64,000 bases of DNA from Balneolales bacterium (GTDB lineage: Bacteria; Bacteroidota; Rhodothermia; Balneolales; HLUCCA01). Of the stretch, positions 24,375 through 33,743 are shown in pieces. Position 1 is the first letter of the stretch; the number at the start of each line of letters is the position of its first letter. The notes beneath the pieces are model-generated. The model saw only the letters and a list, made by a program, of their open reading frames with translations, made no database searches and was not told the DNA's origin. The position numbers and the translations under genes were made by a program. The DNA is taken from the NCBI GenBank assembly GCA_041749075.1, contig JBGTBY010000035.1, positions 209,870 through 273,869 of the forward strand, written 5' to 3'.

Positions 24375-26299
24375 TGTGGTTCGCCGCTCTTCTCGCTATT
24401 TCCGGGCTCATTGCCTGGCTGTCTTATCGAAAGACCGGGTTTCAAACGTTGATGGCGATCCGATTCGCCTCCCTTGCCCTACTTTGCTACATCCTCACCA
24501 ATCCGCAATGGGTATCGCGCTCCACCGACTCCATCAAACAACAATGGCTCGTTCTTGTGGATGAATCCCAAAGCGTGGAATCGTCTGCCTCCGGCATTCG
24601 AGCACGACTGGGTGAGTTGATGGATGCCGACACCAGCGAAGTGAGTGTTCGTTTCATCGGTTTTTCCGGGGACGTGCGTCCATTGACGTCGACATCCGAC
24701 TACAATCCGAATCGCATCGGCACCGACATGTATCGCGCGTTCTCGGAAAGCGTGGATCGGTTGAATCCGCCTGATGCGATGGTTCTGATGTCGGACGGAA
24801 TCAGCACAACCGGACGCGATCCGCTGACCTTGATCGAAGGATTCGGAGTTCCTGTACATGTCCTTGCTTTCGGAGATACGACAGTGCAAAAAGATGTCGT
24901 TTTGATGGATGCCGGCTTCCCCGAATCGGCCTATCTCGACACGGAAATCGCTGTTCCAGTCAGAATCATCGCAAATGGATATGATGGGAATGAATTGATC
25001 GTCCGTTTGCTGGAAAATGGTGATGAGATCGACCGGATGACGTTATCGATCACATCCGATCCCTACTTCGGAAATCCGGTGTTTCGGATTCGTCCGCGAG
25101 CGGAAGGACAAGTCCGGTACGAAGTTCGAATCGACGCGCTTCCTAGCGAGCAAAGCTCGCAGAACAACCGTATCCGCGCAGCGGTTCGAGTGGAATCGAA
25201 ACGAATTCGAGTGATGCATGCGGTCTATGAGATCCATCCGGATATCGAGGCCATCACGTCTGTTTATCGGACTGATGCGTCGGTGGATGTGCGAATGACC
25301 CGCTTCAGTACGATCGACACCGATTCGGTGGATGTGCTCGTAATCCACGGCTGGCCGCGAAATCAAGAACACATCGCGGCGTTGACTTCGGCTATGCGCC
25401 GAATTCCGAGCCTGGTCGGGCCACTTCCTGTCACCTTTTCAAATTGGCAGGGTCGATTCGCGGGAAATCGGATTGTGGAAAAACTCATCACCACCATTCC
25501 GACCGGCATCCATCCCATCACAGATCTTCCACCGGTTCCTGTGGATCGGATGCCATTTGTTTACGGCCCCCTTCCCGACACCACTCGAGGTGCGTTTGAA
25601 ACGAGGATGTCGGCATCCACACGTGGATTGATTTTAGAGACGAGTCGGTCCCAGAATCCACGCTCCGCTGTGTTGCATGCCTGGGGTTGGTTCCGGTTGG
25701 CACAAAGTCCGTTTCAAGCGGAGCAAGATTGGAACCGCACGTTTTTCCTGAATATTCTGGATTGGCTGGCGGTGTCGGAGACCGAATCCAGAATGCGGAT
25801 TGATGGATTGGCGAGGCAAATCCGTGCGGATGAACCTCTTTCCTTCTCTGTGCGCCTCACAAACGAGTCTGGCGAGCCGCAGGACGGCTCCGATGTGATT
25901 GTTCGACTCCTAGAGTCGGATTACCGGATGGAGCCCGCAGGCGCGGGATTGTATCAAATCCGCATCCCTGTGGTGTCGGAGGGATTTCATTCGATGCGGA
26001 TTGAAGCACGTTCTGGTGACGCCGTGATCGCTACAGAAACCCGTGTGGTTGAATCCGGAGCTTCGCAGATTGAGTTCCGTCGCATGCGACGCGACGATGT
26101 GCTGCTCAATGCCATCACCGAGCGAAGCGGCGGGTCGTCGGATTGGACGACCATCCTAGAACGCCTGAATTCCGCAGAATCCATCTCCATCGAGCGCGAG
26201 GAGTCTATCCTTGTAGCACGTCATCCGGGTTGGTTCATCCTTCTGCTGATCTTGCTCGGAACCGAATGGTTCTGGCGCCGACGCGTCTTCCTTCCCTGA
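24374..26299 (+). CDS. Membrane-anchored vWA-like protein (BatA-type N-terminus, MIDAS DxSxS), MoxR partner
   Basis: 641 aa. The start shares one base with the moxR stop (TGATG). There are two N-terminal TM helices, then ..WLVLVDESQSVESS.. (D-x-S-x-S), ..MVLMSDGISTTG.., a large beta-rich middle and a C-terminal TM (..WFILLLILLGTEWFWRRR..). Confidence 0.55.
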   Translation: MWFAALLAISGLIAWLSYRKTGFQTLMAIRFASLALLCYILTNPQWVSRSTDSIKQQWLVLVDESQSVESSASGIRARLGELMDADTSEVSVRFIGFSGDVRPLTSTSDYNPNRIGTDMYRAFSESVDRLNPPDAMVLMSDGISTTGRDPLTLIEGFGVPVHVLAFGDTTVQKDVVLMDAGFPESAYLDTEIAVPVRIIANGYDGNELIVRLLENGDEIDRMTLSITSDPYFGNPVFRIRPRAEGQVRYEVRIDALPSEQSSQNNRIRAAVRVESKRIRVMHAVYEIHPDIEAITSVYRTDASVDVRMTRFSTIDTDSVDVLVIHGWPRNQEHIAALTSAMRRIPSLVGPLPVTFSNWQGRFAGNRIVEKLITTIPTGIHPITDLPPVPVDRMPFVYGPLPDTTRGAFETRMSASTRGLILETSRSQNPRSAVLHAWGWFRLAQSPFQAEQDWNRTFFLNILDWLAVSETESRMRIDGLARQIRADEPLSFSVRLTNESGEPQDGSDVIVRLLESDYRMEPAGAGLYQIRIPVVSEGFHSMRIEARSGDAVIATETRVVESGASQIEFRRMRRDDVLLNAITERSGGSSDWTTILERLNSAESISIEREESILVARHPGWFILLLILLGTEWFWRRRVFLP

Positions 26300-26824
26300 T
26301 CAGACCTTGATCAAGCTGTGAACCGGCGCGTGTGCTTGCAACAAGGGCGCGCTGTTTAGAAAGGTGAGTTCAATGATAAAGCTATAGCCCACGATCACAC
26401 CACCTAGGCGTTTGACCAATTCAGTCGCGGCAAGCGCGGTTCCACCGGTGGCCACCACATCGTCGTGAATCAGGACACGAGCTCCTTTGAAGATCGCATC
26501 CTCATGTATTTCGATGGAATCGGTGCCGTACTCAAGTTTGTAAGATGCGGATTGGGTCTTGTAAGGAAGTTTTCCCGGCTTGCGGACCGGCACGAAACCC
26601 GCATTCAAATGCATGGCGATCGCCGGACCGAATAAAAACCCACGAGATTCCATTCCTACCACGAAATCCACATGTTCGCCCTCAAAAGGCGCCGATAACA
26701 GGTTGTTGGTGGCAGCAAGAGCTTTGGCGTCACCTAACAATGGGGTGATGTCCTTAAATAGAATGCCCGGTTTCGGGAAATCGGGGATGTTGCGGATCTT
26801 GGATGCGATGTCGTTTACAGTCAT
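26300..26824 (-). CDS. apt: Adenine phosphoribosyltransferase
   Basis: ..IPDFPKPGILFKDITPLL.. and the PRPP loop ..VLIHDDVVATGGTALAA.. are present. I preferred the ATG at 26824. The ORF-track start at 26848 would overlap the divergent tadA ATG. Confidence 0.9.
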   Translation of the reverse strand: MTVNDIASKIRNIPDFPKPGILFKDITPLLGDAKALAATNNLLSAPFEGEHVDFVVGMESRGFLFGPAIAMHLNAGFVPVRKPGKLPYKTQSASYKLEYGTDSIEIHEDAIFKGARVLIHDDVVATGGTALAATELVKRLGGVIVGYSFIIELTFLNSAPLLQAHAPVHSLIKV

Positions 26825-26846
26825 GTCCTTCGTATTTTGAGAAAGC

Positions 26847-27338
26847 ATGAAAATACAACATAACCCGTCATTTTGGAGCGATTCGGATCAACGCTTTATG
26901 CTCGATGCCATGAAATTGGCTGAGAAAGCGGAACGGATGGGGGAAGTACCCGTTGGTGCGGTCATCGTCCAAAACGGACTCATCGTCGGGCGCGGTTACA
27001 ACCAGGTTGAAACTCTACGCGACCCGACCGCCCATGCCGAAATGTTGGCCATAACCGCCGCTTGCGAAACGCTTCAAACCAAATATCTCACCGGTTGCAC
27101 GTTGTATGCGACGTTGGAACCGTGTCCGATGTGCGCAGGTGCCTTGGTATGGTCGAAAATAGATCGGATTGTCTATGCCGCGATGGATCTCAAAGCCGGT
27201 GCCTGCGGAAGTGTGGTGAATTTGGCGCATCATTCAGCGCTGAATCATAAGATTTCGGTGCACCAAGGACTTTTCGAGCACGATTGCGAACACATGCTAT
27301 CCACCTTCTTCAAAAAGGTGCGACAACAGACTCAATAA
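26847..27338 (+). CDS. tadA: tRNA adenosine(34) deaminase
   Basis: 163 aa with ..DPTAHAEMLAI.. and ..LEPCPMCAGAL.., the CDA zinc motifs H(C)AE / PCxxC. Confidence 0.9.
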   Translation: MKIQHNPSFWSDSDQRFMLDAMKLAEKAERMGEVPVGAVIVQNGLIVGRGYNQVETLRDPTAHAEMLAITAACETLQTKYLTGCTLYATLEPCPMCAGALVWSKIDRIVYAAMDLKAGACGSVVNLAHHSALNHKISVHQGLFEHDCEHMLSTFFKKVRQQTQ

Positions 27339-27898
27339 AGTCCGTTGAGTGTGATGTAACGCTCCACTTTGGGATGCAGCCCTGATTCCGGATGATCACG
27401 GTAGTGCGTGGATGCATCGTTGACCGGCTCATGTGGAATGAAGCGAATATGACGACGATGATGCTCCAATGAATCAGGAATGATTGCCTCATCACCCATT
27501 CGTACCGCCACAAGCAGATCGGCGATTCTCAGGATATCGTCCCATCGAAACCACGTCGAGAACCGATTCAAGGAATCAGAGCCGATGCATAAACAGAATT
27601 GGTATTCAGGATGGAGTTCTTGCAGGTGCTGCAAGGTAAACAATGTGTAATTGGGTGTGCCCATTTCCGATTCGATGTCGGAAATGTCGCAGTCTATGAG
27701 CCCGTCGAAAGCAAACCGGCACATCGCCATGCGATGATGGTAGGCGGTTGCGGAGCCGAATTTATGTGGCGGATGGGCTGTCGGAAGGATCCACAGCCGA
27801 TCGATGTAGCCGCTACGAAGAAAAGACGAGGCGATGGCACGGTGACCCGGATGCGGCGGGTCGAACATGCCCCCCATGATTCCGATTCGTTCCGTCAT
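27332..27898 (-). CDS. nadD: Nicotinate-nucleotide adenylyltransferase
   Basis: 188 aa. ..IGIMGGMFDPPHPGHRAIA.. is the (H/T)xGH nucleotidyltransferase motif. Confidence 0.85.
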   Translation of the reverse strand: MTERIGIMGGMFDPPHPGHRAIASSFLRSGYIDRLWILPTAHPPHKFGSATAYHHRMAMCRFAFDGLIDCDISDIESEMGTPNYTLFTLQHLQELHPEYQFCLCIGSDSLNRFSTWFRWDDILRIADLLVAVRMGDEAIIPDSLEHHRRHIRFIPHEPVNDASTHYRDHPESGLHPKVERYITLNGLY

Positions 27899-27901
27899 GG
27901 T

Positions 27902-28705
27902 TCACGCGTTGATGCGAGACAGCGCCACTCTCGCCTGGTCACGAAGGTCTTCTACAGTGGAGCGGTTTTGTCCGTTCGGAAACAATTGGACATACTTTTC
28001 ATAACTGCTTAACACCAACTGATAGCGCTCTTCTTGGCGCCGTTCGGTGGATTTCTCCGCAAATAAGAGATACGACTCCACTTGTTTGGCCAGTGCCATT
28101 TCAGACCACTTGGTTTCAGGATACATGTCGATCGTCAAGCCAAAATAGATCGCAGCAGCCTCGAACGATTGAAGTCTCAGGTAAAGCAACCCAGCTGAGT
28201 ATTGCTTATGAGCCAGTTTTTCGCGGAGTTGATCGATGATGGCGGCCGCTTCCATGGTTTTATTGTCGTTAGGATAGCGGGAGATGAATAGCTGCATCAC
28301 TTCGATAGCGCGGTACGTGTCAGACTGATCGAGATTATGTCGCGGACTCAATTTCACATAACTCATCCCTTCCATGAATTCCGCTTCGGAACGACGTTCG
28401 CTACGTGGATAATTGGAGTGATAGCGCACAAATTCTGCTGCGGCAAGCACATAATCACGGGATTGATAGTAACTGTCGGCCAGGTACCACTGACTTTCTT
28501 GAGCAATCGTCGATCCACGTCCGATATTCAACACGGTTTCAAATGCGGCGGCGGCATCGACAAATTTCTTGTTGTCGTACATCCGCTTGGCTTTGGTGTA
28601 GGCTTCTTCAAGCGTATCGCCGGAGCGGATCTGGTTCTTATTCGCGCAAGCACCTAGGCTTACAAGGATCAATAAGGCAAAAATGATGGATGAATTACGA
28701 TTCAC
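27902..28705 (-). CDS. bamD: Outer-membrane protein assembly factor BamD (TPR lipoprotein)
   Basis: 267 aa with lipobox ..LILVSLGAC... TPR-like repeats run throughout (..AAAAFETVL.., ..YLADSYYQSRDY.., ..AIYFGLTIDMYPET..). Confidence 0.75.
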   Translation of the reverse strand: MNRNSSIIFALLILVSLGACANKNQIRSGDTLEEAYTKAKRMYDNKKFVDAAAAFETVLNIGRGSTIAQESQWYLADSYYQSRDYVLAAAEFVRYHSNYPRSERRSEAEFMEGMSYVKLSPRHNLDQSDTYRAIEVMQLFISRYPNDNKTMEAAAIIDQLREKLAHKQYSAGLLYLRLQSFEAAAIYFGLTIDMYPETKWSEMALAKQVESYLLFAEKSTERRQEERYQLVLSSYEKYVQLFPNGQNRSTVEDLRDQARVALSRINA

Positions 28706-29654
28706 GATTCATTAACTGATTTAGAAGAAGAATGATGTCACGATGCGCGTCGTTGTGGTCAAATTGAGCCAAAATCGACATCGCATCTTCATACAACCGT
28801 TTGATTTCGTTTGTAGTATGTTCAAAGATACCGTATTGGCTGTAGAGTTCGAGCATCCGTTTCACATCGGAATCGGATGCAGACTTCGATTGCAGAATTC
28901 CGATCACATACTCCGCCTCGGCTTTGTCGCAACGCTGCAGAAGCAATAGAGTGAGATAGGTTTTTTTGCCTTCACGGATGTCGCCACAGGCTTTTTTTCC
29001 GAATTTTTTTGGATCGGCGATCGCATCCATCAAATCATCTTGGATCTGAAACGCCAAACCGGCTTTGAGTCCGATCTCCCCTGTTTTTCTCACATCTTCT
29101 TCGCTCACTAGGGCGATCATCGCGCCGAGCTCCATCCCCTTTTGAATGAGAACCGACGTTTTGAGCTCGATCATTTTCAGGTATTCATCCAGCGTCACAT
29201 CCGTTCTGGATTCGAACTCCATATCGAACGCCTGACCTTCGCATACCTGAAGGATGCCGTCCAAAAAGCATTCCATCATGTTGGGATAGGCGGGATGGTT
29301 GGCGTAGGCGGAAAGTCGTGATACGGCGATAGTGAACAGCGCATCGCCCGATAAAATGGCCACACTCGGGTTCCATTTCTTGAACACGGTTGGTTTGCCG
29401 CGACGGGTGTCGGCATTGTCCATGATGTCGTCATGGATCAGAGTGAAATTATGCAACAATTCGACCGCGATGGCGGCGTCCAATGCCTCAGAAGAATCGG
29501 TCCCGTGCAGTCCGGCGGCTAGGCAAACCAAGCGTGGACGCACGCGTTTCCCGCCCAATTCCATTGTGTAACGGATGGGGTCGTACAGACTGGCAGGTGT
29601 TTCAGGCAGGGATAGATTGGCGAACCGCTGTTCGAGGAGATTGGAGAAAGACAT
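28695..29654 (-). CDS. Polyprenyl diphosphate synthase (short-chain, FPP/GGPP-type)
   Basis: The first Asp-rich motif is ..LIHDDIMDNADTRRGKPT.. and the second is ..FQIQDDLMD... I chose the ATG at 29654 (MSFSNLLEQRF...). The ORF-track start at 29726 lies inside fni. Confidence 0.85.
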   Translation of the reverse strand: MSFSNLLEQRFANLSLPETPASLYDPIRYTMELGGKRVRPRLVCLAAGLHGTDSSEALDAAIAVELLHNFTLIHDDIMDNADTRRGKPTVFKKWNPSVAILSGDALFTIAVSRLSAYANHPAYPNMMECFLDGILQVCEGQAFDMEFESRTDVTLDEYLKMIELKTSVLIQKGMELGAMIALVSEEDVRKTGEIGLKAGLAFQIQDDLMDAIADPKKFGKKACGDIREGKKTYLTLLLLQRCDKAEAEYVIGILQSKSASDSDVKRMLELYSQYGIFEHTTNEIKRLYEDAMSILAQFDHNDAHRDIILLLNQLMNRES

Positions 29655-29656
29655 AC

Positions 29657-30667
29657 TTACAAGATACGCAGATGGGTCGGTCTCAATTCGGCAGGTGTTC
29701 GGCAACCAAGCAATAGGAGCATACAACGGAGTTTATGTTGAAGTCGGACATAATACGCATCCAGCCCTACTTCGCCCTCCGCTTTAACCATCGCGATGAT
29801 CGGCTGAGCCATCGCAACGCATCGCGCACCCAAGCACAACGCCTTCAACATATCCTGAGCGGTTCGGATGCCGCCTGAAGCGATCAATTGGATCTTGTCT
29901 GAGGCCAATGGAGCCAGGTCCAGCAGGCAATCGACCGTAGGCATGCCCCATTCGTCAAGATCATGGTCCCCATCCTCCCGACGCCACGCTTCTACCCTGC
30001 TCCAACTCGTTCCCCCCGCGCCGGCAATGTCTATAACGTTCACGCCAACATCAATCAGCCTCAAGGCCACATCCTGCGAAATCCCAGCACCGGTTTCCTT
30101 CACGATCACAGGAACGTCCACGGAATCGACCAAACGGCGGATTCCATCCAATATCCCTCTAAATTTCCGGTCACCTTCGGGCTGAACCAATTCTTGCGAC
30201 GGATTCAAATGCACGATCACCGCATCTGCCTTGATGGTTGAAATCAAGCGGTGGGTTTTGTCTTCAGACCATTGTTCAATCAACTGCACGCCACCGATAT
30301 TCGATGCGATGAAGGCAGTTGGTGCGGTTTTCCGCACGATGGTGAACGAGGATTCCAATTCAGGATTCTCAAGCATCGCGCGCTGAGAACCGACACCCAT
30401 CGGCAAATTATTCTTCTCACAGAATGAGGACAGAATCGCATTGACCGGAGCCGCGCCGTCATATCCACCTGTCATGGAGGAAATAAACAGTGGAAGCGAG
30501 AAACGACGTCCCATGAGTTCGATCGACGGATCGATCTCAGCAAAATCCAGTTCCGGAAGGGCGTTATGACGAAACTCATACCGTTCAAAACCAGCCGATT
30601 TCAGGAAAGCGGATTTACCTGTTACGGTCAGGTCCACATGATCCTGTTTTCGTTTGCGGATGTCCAT
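29657..30667 (-). CDS. fni: Isopentenyl-diphosphate delta-isomerase, type 2 (FMN-dependent)
   Basis: MDIRKRKQDHVDL.., ..PLFISSMTGG.., ..PVIVKETGAGIS.. and ..IDIAGAGGTSW.. are present. The ATG at 30667 shares one base with the upstream gene's stop (TAATG). Confidence 0.9.
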   Translation of the reverse strand: MDIRKRKQDHVDLTVTGKSAFLKSAGFERYEFRHNALPELDFAEIDPSIELMGRRFSLPLFISSMTGGYDGAAPVNAILSSFCEKNNLPMGVGSQRAMLENPELESSFTIVRKTAPTAFIASNIGGVQLIEQWSEDKTHRLISTIKADAVIVHLNPSQELVQPEGDRKFRGILDGIRRLVDSVDVPVIVKETGAGISQDVALRLIDVGVNVIDIAGAGGTSWSRVEAWRREDGDHDLDEWGMPTVDCLLDLAPLASDKIQLIASGGIRTAQDMLKALCLGARCVAMAQPIIAMVKAEGEVGLDAYYVRLQHKLRCMLLLLGCRTPAELRPTHLRIL

Positions 30668-31170
30668 TATTTGGACGCTCTCCATACGGGTACGAACGAA
30701 CAGGCTTCGCCATACATGATGCGATCGGCATAAGGTATGAGACGTTGCGTCGCGGCCATATAGATGCTCTGCGGAAGGTCGATGTCGCTGCAGCCCTTCA
30801 ACATCACGCGCTTGCCTTGATATTGCGTCCAATCAATGGAATCCAATTGAGACGCGAACAGATCGGACAGTGCAGACGCTTTCGGACCGAAAAACAGGCG
30901 TTTCACAATACCTGTACTTTTTGCGGCGATGAGCATGTAGGCCCAACTCGCCACGATGGCATCGTTGGAACAGGTGACTGTCAGATAATGATTGCGATGT
31001 TGCTCCCAGTCGTACTCGTCGAGGGCTTTGCGGAAATCGGCTTCCTTCAACACATATTCCATGAACAGGAAGTCCTTGATATCAAACACATCCATTGGAA
31101 CGCCGTCATGCAGGGTTTCGAGGTCCAGCGTGACCAAGCCCGATTGAGCGACTTTGTTCACGACATCCAT
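30667..31170 (-). CDS. DUF2480 family protein (uncharacterised, suf-operon associated)
   Basis: 167 aa from the ATG at 31170, which shares one base with the sufA-like stop (TGATG). MDVVNKVAQSGLVTLDLE...DFLFMEYVLKEADFRKAL...VTCSNDAIVASWAYML...LKGCSDIDLP...MYGEACSFVPVW matches my recollection of flavobacterial DUF2480 proteins almost motif for motif. Confidence 0.7.
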   Translation of the reverse strand: MDVVNKVAQSGLVTLDLETLHDGVPMDVFDIKDFLFMEYVLKEADFRKALDEYDWEQHRNHYLTVTCSNDAIVASWAYMLIAAKSTGIVKRLFFGPKASALSDLFASQLDSIDWTQYQGKRVMLKGCSDIDLPQSIYMAATQRLIPYADRIMYGEACSFVPVWRASK

Positions 31171-31511
31171 CAGACCGAGAAGGATTCGCCGCAAGAACAG
31201 GTGCGGGTGGCGTTCGGGTTGTTGAAGTGAAATCCTTTTCCTTGCAATCCGTCGGAATAATCGAGTTGGGTGCCGGCCAGATACAAGAAACTTCTCATAT
31301 CCACGACGATCGTGACTCCATCCACATCAAAGATTTTTTCCTTCTTTGCTGGATCGGATTGATACTCGTTATCGAAATCGAGCTTGTACGTCAGTCCGGA
31401 GCATCCTCCACCGACCACGCCGATCCGCAAGGGAGCGTGTTCCGGTAAATGCTGTTCGGAACGGATCTGATGGATGCGCTGTAGCGCGTTCGGACTCATG
31501 GTGATCATCAC
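31170..31511 (-). CDS. sufA: A-type iron-sulfur cluster carrier (HesB/IscA/SufA/ErpA family)
   Basis: 113 aa. ..LRIGVVGGGCSGLTYKLDFD.. and the C-terminal ..CSCGESFSV are the three-Cys A-type carrier signature. Confidence 0.85.
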   Translation of the reverse strand: MMITMSPNALQRIHQIRSEQHLPEHAPLRIGVVGGGCSGLTYKLDFDNEYQSDPAKKEKIFDVDGVTIVVDMRSFLYLAGTQLDYSDGLQGKGFHFNNPNATRTCSCGESFSV

Positions 31512-32062
31512 ACAGCCTCAACGACGATCTCGGAATCGATGCGATGCACCATGCTTTCAATGGCATATAAGGTGCCGCTGGATGCGGTCGGGCACGTTCC
31601 ACATGCGCCTTGATAGTGCACACGCAGGACATTGTTTTCGAGCCCGAGCACTTTGAGCCCGCCACCATCCGCCAACAGATAGGGACGCACTTGATCATCG
31701 AGCATCTTGTTGATGGCTTGCAAGCGAGGGTCATCGCTATCCAGCGCTTCTTGCGAAGTGTGGACTTCATGCGAATCGGACGAAAGGGCTTCTACGGCTT
31801 CTGCTTCGCGGATCGGAGGGGCCAGTTTGCGAAGAAGCTCGTTCCAATCGGCCGCCCCGTCTTGGGTCACCGTCACATAATAATCGACATAGTAGACGGA
31901 AATGACATTCGGGATGGCGAACAGCAGCGATGCGAACGGATCTTTCGAGGCTTGATCCGCATTCTCATATGAGCGCGTGATGCCGCGTGAAATGGGGTCC
32001 TTGAGGACGAACCTCATGGCGTTCGGGTTCGGGGTACGTTCGATTTCTGCGATTTTTGGCAT
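31508..32062 (-). CDS. Nfu-type Fe-S scaffold/carrier (Nfu_N plus NifU C-terminal domain)
   Basis: The ATG at 32062 is preceded by GGAGG. MPKIAEIERTPNPNAMRFVL.. is the Nfu_N domain. ..RPYLLADGGGLKVLG...GACGTCPTASSGTL.. is the CxxC NifU_C domain. Confidence 0.8.
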   Translation of the reverse strand: MPKIAEIERTPNPNAMRFVLKDPISRGITRSYENADQASKDPFASLLFAIPNVISVYYVDYYVTVTQDGAADWNELLRKLAPPIREAEAVEALSSDSHEVHTSQEALDSDDPRLQAINKMLDDQVRPYLLADGGGLKVLGLENNVLRVHYQGACGTCPTASSGTLYAIESMVHRIDSEIVVEAV

Positions 32063-32070
32063 ATTGCCTC

Positions 32071-32529
32071 CTATTCCGTTGTTATAATCTCTTCGCCGAC
32101 GATGGCCGCTTGAACCGTGTGCCAAGCCAAGGTAGCACATTTCACCCTGGCTGGTAAATCACGCACACCTGAAAACACAGCAAGTTTTCCAAGATGATGC
32201 GGTTGAGCCGACAAATCCAGTTTGCCCGTACTCATGTCGTGAAATTCATGAAATAATACATTGGCCTCATCCACGCTTTTTCCTTTCAGCGCGGTTGTCA
32301 TCATGGAGGCGGATGCTTTGGATATCGCGCATCCATCCCCTTTGAAGGATACATCTGATATCACATTCTGCTCATCGATCTGCAGATAAACGGTCAGTTT
32401 GTCGCCACATAGGGGGTTATGACCGTGAGCCAGATGATTCGCATCATTTATTTCACGGAAATTGCGCGGATTCTTGTTGTGATCCAGCACCAATTCCTGA
32501 TACAAATTTTTCATGCGATCGGTACTCAT
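32071..32529 (-). CDS. sufU: SUF-system sulfur-transfer/scaffold protein SufU
   Basis: 152 aa. ..LYQELVLDHNKNPRNF.., ..HNPLCGDKLTVYL.., ..GDGCAISKASASMM.. and ..ARVKCATLAW.. give the three Cys plus Asp ligands of SufU/IscU-like proteins. Confidence 0.85.
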   Translation of the reverse strand: MSTDRMKNLYQELVLDHNKNPRNFREINDANHLAHGHNPLCGDKLTVYLQIDEQNVISDVSFKGDGCAISKASASMMTTALKGKSVDEANVLFHEFHDMSTGKLDLSAQPHHLGKLAVFSGVRDLPARVKCATLAWHTVQAAIVGEEIITTE

Positions 32530-33743
32530 GCGAACACTCCGATCGTTTTGCGGACCGCTTCAACCAGACGATCGATTTCTTCGGTGGTGTTATAAAAAGC
32601 GAATGAGGCACGCGTGGTGGCGGGAATGTTGTATCGATCCATCACCGGCTGCGCGCAATGATGTCCGGTGCGCACAGCGATTCCATCTTCATCCAGCATC
32701 GTGCCCACATCATGCGGATGGATGCCATCCAGCACGAAGGACACCACCGCCGCTTTGTTAGGAGCGGTTCCGACAATGCGGAGCCCTTCAATTTGGCTGA
32801 GGCGGTCGGTTGCGTAAACCAGAAGCTGATGCTCGATGTCGGCGATGGTCTCCATCCCGATTCCAGTCAGATACGTGATCGCCGCGCCCATTTGAATGGC
32901 TTGGCTGATGGGCGGCGTTCCGGCTTCAAAGATGTATGGAAGCGTATTGAATTTGATCTCATCAAACGAGACACTCAGAATCATATCGCCACCCGTGCGA
33001 TACGGAGGCATGGTGCTGAGAATGGATTCTTTGCCATATAAGACGCCGAAGCCGGTCGGTCCGCACATCTTATGAGCCGAAAACGCATAGAAATCGACAT
33101 CCAATTCTTGCACATTCACACGCATGTGAGGTACGGCTTGGGCGCCATCCACAACAATAACGGCACCAACGGAATGTGTTTTTTGAGCGAGTTCTTTGAT
33201 GGGATTCACCGTTCCGAGTGCGTTCGACACATGGTTCACGGCAACCAATTTTACTTTGTTTGTGAGCAAAGAATCAAACGCAACGATATCCAACTCACCG
33301 GATTCCGTGATCGGAATCACCTTCAGCACAAGCTTCAACTTTTTCGCCAACTGTACCCAAGGCACGATATTGGCGTGATGTTCCATATTCGAAACCAAGA
33401 TCACATCCCCTTCCTTCAAGAAGGTTTCACCATAGCTGGATGCGACCAAGTTCAGGCTATCGGTGGTCCCCGTCGTGAAAATGACTTCCTTACGACTTTT
33501 GGCGTGGATGAAAGACTGAACTCGGTCACGAGCGCCTTCATACGCATCTGTGGCTTGCTGACTGAGTGTATGCACGCCACGATGCACATTCGAATGCATC
33601 GTTCGATAATAGTTGTTGTACGAATCGATCACCGGCTGCGGCATTTGCGATGACGCCGCATTGTCCAGATACGCCAGAACATGACCATTCACGATTCGAT
33701 TGAGAATCGGGAATTCCTTTCGAATGGCCAGGTTGTCGATCAT
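32526..33743 (-). CDS. sufS: Cysteine desulfurase SufS (class-V aminotransferase, group II)
   Basis: 405 aa. ..AYLDNAASSQ.., ..FSAHKMCGPTGFGVLYG.. (PLP lysine) and ..RTGHHCAQP.. (catalytic Cys loop) are present. Confidence 0.92.
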   Translation of the reverse strand: MIDNLAIRKEFPILNRIVNGHVLAYLDNAASSQMPQPVIDSYNNYYRTMHSNVHRGVHTLSQQATDAYEGARDRVQSFIHAKSRKEVIFTTGTTDSLNLVASSYGETFLKEGDVILVSNMEHHANIVPWVQLAKKLKLVLKVIPITESGELDIVAFDSLLTNKVKLVAVNHVSNALGTVNPIKELAQKTHSVGAVIVVDGAQAVPHMRVNVQELDVDFYAFSAHKMCGPTGFGVLYGKESILSTMPPYRTGGDMILSVSFDEIKFNTLPYIFEAGTPPISQAIQMGAAITYLTGIGMETIADIEHQLLVYATDRLSQIEGLRIVGTAPNKAAVVSFVLDGIHPHDVGTMLDEDGIAVRTGHHCAQPVMDRYNIPATTRASFAFYNTTEEIDRLVEAVRKTIGVFA

